From Candidatus Sumerlaeaceae bacterium (GTDB taxonomy: Bacteria; Sumerlaeota; Sumerlaeia; Sumerlaeales; Sumerlaeaceae): DNA of 64,000 bases. The stretch is from the NCBI GenBank assembly GCA_051003195.1, contig JBPCLP010000053.1, forward strand, positions 99,371-163,370. Direction: 5' to 3'. Positions within the stretch are counted from its first letter, which is position 1. The number at the start of each line of letters is the position of its first letter. The notes below the pieces were generated by a model. It was not told the DNA's origin. It did not search any database and saw only the letters and a list, made by a program, of their open reading frames with translations. Below are positions 57,217 through 64,000 of the stretch, in pieces. Made by a program: the position numbers and the translations under genes.

Positions 57217-58821
57217 ATGCAGATATCGTCGGGCGTTGATAAACTTCTGGGCGAAATGACGCTGGAAGAAAAAGTCGGCCAGGTCTTCATTTTTACCATC
57301 GTTAATGAAGTCCAGGCGATGCAGGATCTCGCATTGCACCCGGGAGGTTACGTACGCATATACAGCGATGCGCTCACGGTGGCGCGCCAAAACGCGACAT
57401 TGCAGGCGGGTTCGAAGACACCGCTACTCCTGAGTGCTGATTTCGAACGGGGAATCGGATCCACCGTCACGGGTGCCGTTGACCTTGTGACGAACATGTG
57501 CATTGGCGCAACCGGCGACGATCAATTTGCCTATCGCTGCGGCAAAGCCATTGCCCAGGAAGCCATCGCGATGGGCATTAACATGAACTACGTGCCCGTT
57601 CTCGACGTGAATATCAACGAGGACAACCCCATCATCAATATACGCGCGTTTGGAGGCAAGCCGGAGCTTGTGGCACGAATGGGAGCCGCATTCATTCGCG
57701 GTTCGCAGGCCGGCGGGGTCATTACGTGTGGTAAGCACTTCCCAGGACATGGCGATACCAGCGTCGACAGCCATACAAACCTGGGGAGTATCGAGGCCGA
57801 CCGCAACAGGATGGAACGCGTGGAACTGCTCCCCTTCCGCGCGGCGATTGCAGTTGGTGTGGATGCAATGATGTCGGCGCACCTGCTGATACCGGCCTTT
57901 GAACCGGAACCACTGCCCGCCACCCTGTCGCGGCGCATCATGCACAACCTGCTGCGCGAGGAGCTTGGATTTGACGGCGTAACGGTGAGCGATGCGCTTG
58001 AGATGGGTGGCATCGCAAAGAACTTTTCCCCGGAAGAGGCTATCGTCCGCGCGGTCAATGCTGGTATAGACCAGCTTATTATGCCCGTGCATAATGCGCG
58101 CTCGACAGGGATTCTATTGGATGCTGTCAAAGATGGCCGTGTTTCGGAAACGCGCATCGACGAAGCTGTTGCACGCATCCTTACCCTGAAGGAGCGACGC
58201 GGAGTGATGGACGCTGCCCCGATAGATCTTAGTAATCTAGCAGGACGCCTGAATACTCCTGAACATCAGCAGGACGCGCTTGAGGCCGCGCTGGCCGGCA
58301 TCACTCTAATCACCAACAAAGGCGGCGCGCTGCCGCTCCAGCAAAACCGGCGGGTCGCGGTCATCTCGTTTTCCAACTTCGAAGACAGTCGATCATACTA
58401 CCTTGAGCCAAAGACGTTCGCTTCGCATTTGCGCGCGCAAGGCCTGCGTGTGAGCGACGTCAACTGCGCGATGCTCGACGAGCGGGCGGTGCATGAGTTC
58501 CAGGTTATGGACCGTGCAGTGCAGGCCGCCAGAGAAAGCGATGTCGTGGTGCTCGGCGCATTTGTACGTGTGGTAATCAATCGTGGCTGCGTCGGTCTTG
58601 AGCGCCGTTATGTCGATTTCGTTGAGCGTATTTGCGCGCTGGGAAAACCAGTTGTACTGGTAAGTTTTGGCAATCCTTACCTGGTCAAACAATTCCGCGA
58701 GGTGCAGGCCTATGTCTGCGGCTATGGCTCGACCGAGGCGACCCAACACGCGATGGCTCTCCTGCTCGCGGGCAAACGCCCATTTCTCGGGAATCTGCCC
58801 GTGGCTCTTTCGCTGGAATGA
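57217..58821 (+). CDS. GH3 beta-N-acetylhexosaminidase (NagZ-like, two-domain)
   Basis: MTLEEKVGQ, ADFERG, KHFPGHGDTSVDSH, SDALEM, SFGNPY. Confidence 0.92.
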   Translation: MQISSGVDKLLGEMTLEEKVGQVFIFTIVNEVQAMQDLALHPGGYVRIYSDALTVARQNATLQAGSKTPLLLSADFERGIGSTVTGAVDLVTNMCIGATGDDQFAYRCGKAIAQEAIAMGINMNYVPVLDVNINEDNPIINIRAFGGKPELVARMGAAFIRGSQAGGVITCGKHFPGHGDTSVDSHTNLGSIEADRNRMERVELLPFRAAIAVGVDAMMSAHLLIPAFEPEPLPATLSRRIMHNLLREELGFDGVTVSDALEMGGIAKNFSPEEAIVRAVNAGIDQLIMPVHNARSTGILLDAVKDGRVSETRIDEAVARILTLKERRGVMDAAPIDLSNLAGRLNTPEHQQDALEAALAGITLITNKGGALPLQQNRRVAVISFSNFEDSRSYYLEPKTFASHLRAQGLRVSDVNCAMLDERAVHEFQVMDRAVQAARESDVVVLGAFVRVVINRGCVGLERRYVDFVERICALGKPVVLVSFGNPYLVKQFREVQAYVCGYGSTEATQHAMALLLAGKRPFLGNLPVALSLE

Positions 58822-58872
58822 AGTCGCGAGTCTCCTGTTGCAATCCTGCCACCACAGGCTGAACCTGCACTC

Positions 58873-59265
58873 ATGATACTACCGGAGGATTTCCGGCCCG
58901 CCCGCGACCCGAAGATGCTGCTTAAGGAAGTCGACGCGGCGATTCGCGTGAAGGATATCCAGAAGATCCATCGCTACCGCGAGCGGATCGAGCGACAGTG
59001 GTGGGAATCCGGAATCGTCATCATGCTGTTTATTTCGGGCCTGGGGTTCATTATCACCATCTACAAGCTGATTCCCATAAGCGACCCAAGGGTGTTCTGG
59101 TTCGTATTTCTGTGGTTTTCGCTCTTTGTCCTGACGCTGATAGCGACGCTGGAAATTGTACTTTCGAAGATCAGCGCTTTGCGGGCGCTTTACGAGATTA
59201 ACTCAAAACTAATCGAGGAACTGGAACGCCGGTTGCCGCCTGATCACACGCAACCGCACGTTTAA
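58873..59265 (+). CDS. Small 2-TM hypothetical membrane protein
   Basis: 130-aa ORF with two hydrophobic helices; fills the intergenic gap. Confidence 0.7.
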   Translation: MILPEDFRPARDPKMLLKEVDAAIRVKDIQKIHRYRERIERQWWESGIVIMLFISGLGFIITIYKLIPISDPRVFWFVFLWFSLFVLTLIATLEIVLSKISALRALYEINSKLIEELERRLPPDHTQPHV

Positions 59266-59405
59266 CTGGCCCCTGGCTGCGAATAACAAGCGGTGGGATG
59301 CCAGCATCGGCTTTTCTATTGCGCTCGCACGGACGCGTATTGAAATCACGTATTGCGTTTAAGCGCCAGAGACATGGGTGCCGGACCACGCTGCTGGAGG
59401 AATGA

Positions 59406-60521
59406 ATGATCATCGGTGTGCCAAGAGAAGTTAAGAACAACGAGTTCCGTGTGGGCATGGTACCTGCCGGTGTTCGCCACCTTACACGGAATGCGCACAC
59501 GGTGCTGGTCGAGACGCAAGCGGGTGAAGGCAGCGGCATTACCGACCTCGAGTATTCGGAAGCCGGGGCAGAAATTATCGCGACCGCTCAGGAAGTCTAT
59601 GCGCGCGCCGCAATGATCGTAAAAGTCAAAGAGCCGCTTCCGGAGGAATACGATCTCATCCGCGCCGGGCAGATCATTTTTACCTACTTTCATTTCGCGA
59701 GCTCGGAACAATTAACGGACGCGATGCTGAGGCGCCAGGCGATCAGTGTCGCGTACGAAACCATCCAGACGGCGGATGGCAAGCTGCCGCTATTAACTCC
59801 CATGAGCGAAGTGGCCGGGCGTATGAGCATCCAGGAGGGCGCGAAATATCTTGAGAAGCCACAAAAGGGCCGTGGCATTCTGCTGAGCGGTGTACCCGGT
59901 GTCGAGCCGGCGGAAGTCGTCATTATCGGCGGCGGCATCGTAGGCTCCAATGCTGCAAAAATTGCTGCCGGGCTTGGTGCGCGCGTCACCATCCTGGACG
60001 TTTCACTGGATCGCTTGCGCTACCTGGCGGATATCATGCCGCCGAACGTTGTCACTATCATGAGTAATGAGTATAACATCCGAAAAGCGATCACCACGGC
60101 GGACCTGGTTGTGGGGGCTGTGCTGGTAACAGGAGCGCGCGCGCCGCGGCTGGTAACGCGCGAAATGCTCCAGCTTATGAAGCCGGGCGCTGTGATTGTC
60201 GATGTGGCTATCGACCAGGGAGGATGCGTCGAAACCGCACGACCAACCACGCACGCGGATCCTATCTACATTGTGGACGGCATCGTTCATTACTGCGTCG
60301 CCAACATGCCGGGAGCTGTGGGCCGCACCTCTACCTATGCTCTGACGAATGTAACGTTACCGTACGCTTCCAAAATTGCGCAGCTTGGGTTTCCAGCGTT
60401 TGCGCGCGAAGACAAAGCACTGGCCGCGGGTGTAAACACCGTGGACGGAAAGCTCACCTATAAATCGGTGGCGGAGGCCTTCAACAGGCCCGGCTATACC
60501 CCGGTGGAGAAGTTTTTCTGA
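59406..60521 (+). CDS. ald: Alanine dehydrogenase
   Basis: [65 protein letters not shown]. Confidence 0.96.
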   Translation: MIIGVPREVKNNEFRVGMVPAGVRHLTRNAHTVLVETQAGEGSGITDLEYSEAGAEIIATAQEVYARAAMIVKVKEPLPEEYDLIRAGQIIFTYFHFASSEQLTDAMLRRQAISVAYETIQTADGKLPLLTPMSEVAGRMSIQEGAKYLEKPQKGRGILLSGVPGVEPAEVVIIGGGIVGSNAAKIAAGLGARVTILDVSLDRLRYLADIMPPNVVTIMSNEYNIRKAITTADLVVGAVLVTGARAPRLVTREMLQLMKPGAVIVDVAIDQGGCVETARPTTHADPIYIVDGIVHYCVANMPGAVGRTSTYALTNVTLPYASKIAQLGFPAFAREDKALAAGVNTVDGKLTYKSVAEAFNRPGYTPVEKFF

Positions 60522-60571
60522 ACCAGCGTGCGATTTTGCCGCTACAGTTCCTGGTAGCAGAATAATCCGAT

Positions 60572-61696
60572 ATGACGTTTCGTCCTCACATCCTGGATCG
60601 CTATCTCTTCCGCGAGTTCGTCCTCTCGTTTGTGACAGTCATGGCCTTTTGCACGCTGCTGATGCTGGTTGGCTCCATCTTCACAAAGTTTTCGGACATC
60701 ATGGAGCACGATGCTGCATGGCTGGACGTCGTCATGTATTTCCTTACCAGCCTTCCGGGCAGGCTCATGGTTGTGGTACCCATCGCTTCCATGCTGGCGG
60801 TGCTGTTTTCGGTGGGTGGACTCGCAAGGACCAACGAAGTGCTGGCGATGCTGACGAACGGTGTGCATGGCCTGCGACTTTCCGTGCCGATCATCTTTGG
60901 CGGCATCATTATCGTTGTCACAACGTTCGTGATGAACGAATACGTGGTGCCCCCACTTGAGCGATTATCCCGACAATACGAGCTTATCCTCGAAGAAAAG
61001 GATATCGAGAGCGGCCAGGCAGCTAAAAGTGTTTTTGCCCGTGGTCGTGATAACTGGTTTTATATGTGCCGTGTTTACACTTCACGCAATAAACGCATGG
61101 CGAAACCGACGATCGTCACGCTTGCCGATGACCAGACGAACCTGGTTCAGCGGATTGAAGCGAGTGCCGCGGTTCTCGTTAAGAACGATCCTCAGCAGAA
61201 GAAGTCGCTATGGAACGTAGAAGCTCCAAGAACATGGAAACTCGACGGGGGACAAATTACCACCTACAGCGCGATTAACACGTCGGTAACGCTCGCGCTC
61301 GAAGAAGACCTGAACAAGATTCTGAGCCAGCGCGCAAAGGCTGAGGAGATGAACTTTCACCAACTGAGAGAACGGATCCAGATTCTCTCTGCCCGCGAGC
61401 AGCCGGTCGGAGCTCTCCGAACCGATTTATTCCGCAAGATAACATTCCCGCTTGGGATACTCGTGATCATGCTGATCGGATTCGGGTACGCGGTTCGAGC
61501 GCGGGCAGGCACCGCGGTGGCGATCTTTGGTTACGGCATCGGCTGGGCCGTGACCTACTACCTTGTAAATGCTGTGGCGCAGGCGCTGGGGCACAGCGGT
61601 AGCATATCGCCTTACTCAGCCACGGTGTTACCTACGATCGCATTTATGGTAATAGCTGTTGTCTACCTGCGCCGCAGCTATCGCTGGCATACCTAG
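60572..61696 (+). CDS. LptF/LptG family LPS export permease
   Basis: ILDRYLFREF, LARTNEVLAMLTNG, MNEYVVP; 3 TM + periplasmic + 3 TM layout. Confidence 0.9.
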   Translation: MTFRPHILDRYLFREFVLSFVTVMAFCTLLMLVGSIFTKFSDIMEHDAAWLDVVMYFLTSLPGRLMVVVPIASMLAVLFSVGGLARTNEVLAMLTNGVHGLRLSVPIIFGGIIIVVTTFVMNEYVVPPLERLSRQYELILEEKDIESGQAAKSVFARGRDNWFYMCRVYTSRNKRMAKPTIVTLADDQTNLVQRIEASAAVLVKNDPQQKKSLWNVEAPRTWKLDGGQITTYSAINTSVTLALEEDLNKILSQRAKAEEMNFHQLRERIQILSAREQPVGALRTDLFRKITFPLGILVIMLIGFGYAVRARAGTAVAIFGYGIGWAVTYYLVNAVAQALGHSGSISPYSATVLPTIAFMVIAVVYLRRSYRWHT

Positions 61697-61790
61697 TGTG
61701 CCGAACCAAGTTCGGATCCACGTATCGATCTAATTCTGCGCTCGTTCGGCACACAGAACCTGCCAACGAACTAATGGTAAACCGCAGTAG
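61693..61790 (-). mobile_element. MITE copy 7, abutting the permease TAG stop
   Basis: Minus strand CTAC|TGCGGTTTACCATTAGTTCG...GTGTGCCGAACGAGCGCAGAA...TTCGGCACA|CTAG. Confidence 0.88.
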
Positions 61791-61815
61791 CGTGCCGGAC
61801 TATCCAGCACACGCA

Positions 61816-62658
61816 TTAAGTGCCGACGACAATCGCGCGGGCAGACTCCTTCCACGCTTCTTCTGCGAGACGGCGAAGCACCAGTGACTGCTGCCAACGG
61901 TCCGATAGCTCGTGGCCCTTGGAATCCGTCAACGCGTAGATCGGCGGGCCTAGCTCTGGCGTAAACACGAATGCGGAACCAGGTGCCCTATGCTCGCGCC
62001 ATGCGCGCATCGCGTCGCACCAGAACTTCTTGTAGAGCTGCGCCAGTTCTCCGTGACCATCGCCTGCATCCACCTGGATCTGCTCGCCATTGCTGATGCG
62101 CCCGTGGATCATCTGCACACGCGGCAGCAGCGTATTGAGGAGCGGTCGCAACTGGTCTACAGGGCCGGGACGTTCTTCCGCTATGATGTAGTGCGAGACG
62201 TCCAGAGTCAGCCGCATGCGGGGAACCGATTCGACCAGATCAACCGTACGTAACAGGTCCTGCGTCATGGTACCGCGGTGCGTTTCGAACAGAAGCTGGA
62301 GCGAATACGAGTCCGCGGCATCAATCATCGCGTTCACCACATCCGCAGCTTCCTGCGTTCGCATGTGGGGAGTACCAGCATGCAGGTTTACAAGCAGCGC
62401 GCCATGTCGTTTGGCGGCCTCAAGCGCAGGAACCAGGTCCGCCACGGTGGAGGTCGTCCGCTGGACGATGAGCCGTAATCCGTTCTCCTGGACAGCCTTT
62501 ACCACTTCCGGGCTGATGTTGTAATAAGCCACCTCAAGTGTGGCGTAACCTGCTTCTTTGAGCGCGGGAATACCTGCTACGGGCGGGTCGTGCAATTCCT
62601 CAATACCCCACAATGAAAAGCCCGGCAGCAGGTGATGCGTCGGCACTTCAGCGGTCAT
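61816..62658 (-). CDS. Sugar phosphate isomerase/epimerase (xylose-isomerase-like TIM barrel)
   Basis: FETHRG, TLDVSHY, IHGRIS...EQIQV, FTPELGPPIY. Confidence 0.85.
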   Translation of the reverse strand: MTAEVPTHHLLPGFSLWGIEELHDPPVAGIPALKEAGYATLEVAYYNISPEVVKAVQENGLRLIVQRTTSTVADLVPALEAAKRHGALLVNLHAGTPHMRTQEAADVVNAMIDAADSYSLQLLFETHRGTMTQDLLRTVDLVESVPRMRLTLDVSHYIIAEERPGPVDQLRPLLNTLLPRVQMIHGRISNGEQIQVDAGDGHGELAQLYKKFWCDAMRAWREHRAPGSAFVFTPELGPPIYALTDSKGHELSDRWQQSLVLRRLAEEAWKESARAIVVGT

Positions 62659-63724
62659 CCCGCATTTCGATACGCGCGGCCTTGCTCGACCGGCTCAACT
62701 CCTGCCAGAACCTGCCCGCGCTCGCGCCGAGCCATGACGGCAGGTCGCTTTCGGGCTCGCGGTCCACGACGTGCGGATCTTTATCCAGGCCCGCCATTTT
62801 ACCGGCACGCTCAATTGCGTCCTGAAGCGTGCCGATGCGATCAATCAGCCCCAGCTTCAGCGCCTGGTCGCCGGTGAAAATGCGCCCGTCCGCCATCCGG
62901 CGCAGCGCAGTTTCGCTTTCCGTTGTGGCCTTTGCGTCCGCCGCTGCTGTCCCGGTGGTAAACGCGTCCCATTCAAGCGAACCGGATGTGGTCTTTGTTC
63001 CCGCGGTGTCCAGAACGCGTCCAATTTGCTCCGGGTACTGATGCAGTATCGATTCAATGCGATCGTGGCGGGCGCGCAGCACCACGGTAAAGAACTGCCG
63101 ATACATGTCATAAATAACTCCCTGGATCATGTGGCGTTCTTCCGGTGACATCTCGCGAAACGGAGAGCCGCTATCCTTGTGCTCGCCACTTTTCAGGGTG
63201 ATCGACTTGACCCCGAGTTTGCGCATGGTTTCTTCGATATTAAAATCAGGAGCGATCACGCCGATGCTCCCGGTGATAGTGCCGCTATTGGCGAAAATCT
63301 CCTCGGCGCCCATCGCAATATAGTATCCGCCCGACGCCGCCGCGTTGCCCATGCTCGCCACGACGTGCTTTTTGTCCTCGGTGCGGGCGCGCATCACCTC
63401 GCGATAAATTTCCTCGCTTGCACCGACAGAGCCGCCTGGTGTATCCAGCCTCAGCACGATGGATTTGATCATTGTACTGCGACGAAACGAGCGTAGTATC
63501 TTTACGATATCCTTGCTCTCACTGATAGGGCCTTCGATGCGAACGACGCCCACTGACGACGTAAATACAGGCACCATCCGCTCGTTCCCGCGAGACCCGC
63601 GCATCAAAAAATAGACCGCCCCGATAAACAGGACCAATAGAATTGCCGCGCCGAGGCACCCGCCGGTAGAGCGATGCTTCTCCGGCGCGGGCGCCGCAGG
63701 TTGAATGTACACTTGATTACTCAT
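62648..63724 (-). CDS. sppA: Signal peptide peptidase SppA (36K type, S49)
   Basis: LRLDTPGG, AASGGYY, TGSIGV, KSGEHKD, DGRIFTGDQALKLGLID. Confidence 0.92.
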   Translation of the reverse strand: MSNQVYIQPAAPAPEKHRSTGGCLGAAILLVLFIGAVYFLMRGSRGNERMVPVFTSSVGVVRIEGPISESKDIVKILRSFRRSTMIKSIVLRLDTPGGSVGASEEIYREVMRARTEDKKHVVASMGNAAASGGYYIAMGAEEIFANSGTITGSIGVIAPDFNIEETMRKLGVKSITLKSGEHKDSGSPFREMSPEERHMIQGVIYDMYRQFFTVVLRARHDRIESILHQYPEQIGRVLDTAGTKTTSGSLEWDAFTTGTAAADAKATTESETALRRMADGRIFTGDQALKLGLIDRIGTLQDAIERAGKMAGLDKDPHVVDREPESDLPSWLGASAGRFWQELSRSSKAARIEMRDDR

Positions 63725-63839
63725 GAATGATCAGTCGCCAAGCGCGGCTTGCCTGCGCAAGTGTTTTAGAGCGGCAGCGTCATGTCGGCGTGCGCCGAGC
63801 AATTCCAAAGTGGTGTCTCAGAATTTCGCGGCATAATTC

Positions 63840-63990
63840 CAGGATCCCGGCTTTTTGGAATCCGCAGCCCTCAGGTTTTTTGCACCGAAGGTGCAGCGGA
63901 ACACAGCCCAGGGTCAGGATTCCGGCCGTTTGGAATCCGCAGCCCTGGGTTACAGACGCCCATTTTTTCGCGCCCTGAAGGGGCGCCGGA
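63840..63990. repeat. REP/REPIN-like palindrome array, probably continuing beyond the window
   Basis: TGCACC-GAA-GGTGCA and GCGCCC-TGAAG-GGGCGC hairpins alternate with CCCAGGG..GGATTCC/GGAATCC..CCCTGGG units; TTTGGAATCCGCAGCCCT occurs twice. Confidence 0.75.
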
Positions 63991-64000
63991 AACCGAAAAA

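Overview
GC-rich bacterial chromosome segment, mostly housekeeping, envelope and carbohydrate genes: coaBC, rnd, add, nusB, suhB, tatA/tatC, murA, ilvN, ald, sppA, an LptF/G permease, an amidase, GH38, GH3, a sugar ABC transporter, glycosyltransferases and two-component systems. It also has scattered type IV pilus/T2SS genes (PilB/GspE, PilT, two prepilin-like proteins, PilZ) and one stand-alone tRNA-Ile(GAU). The style of the prepilin-like protein at 26256 and a secreted protein ending in VRDWELFE suggest Candidatus Sumerlaeota (BRC1); this is an inference from recall, not a search. The accessory region is about 10.3-16.7 kb. It holds a probable orphan toxin-tip/immunity pair, an internally deleted REP-associated tyrosine transposase (RAYT), and a second RAYT flanked by 59-bp inverted REP ends. 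A ~91-bp MITE has inserted in the second RAYT exactly at the expected catalytic Tyr codon. A DUF1259-cupin fusion lies between direct REP copies. The same MITE family, with imperfect ~27-bp TIRs and TA/CTAG-type flanks, occurs at seven loci, mostly at convergent 3' gene ends, and rewrites C-termini. A third REP-like family begins at the right edge. No CRISPR array, rRNA or prophage was seen. All product calls come from motif recognition by eye, without database searches.
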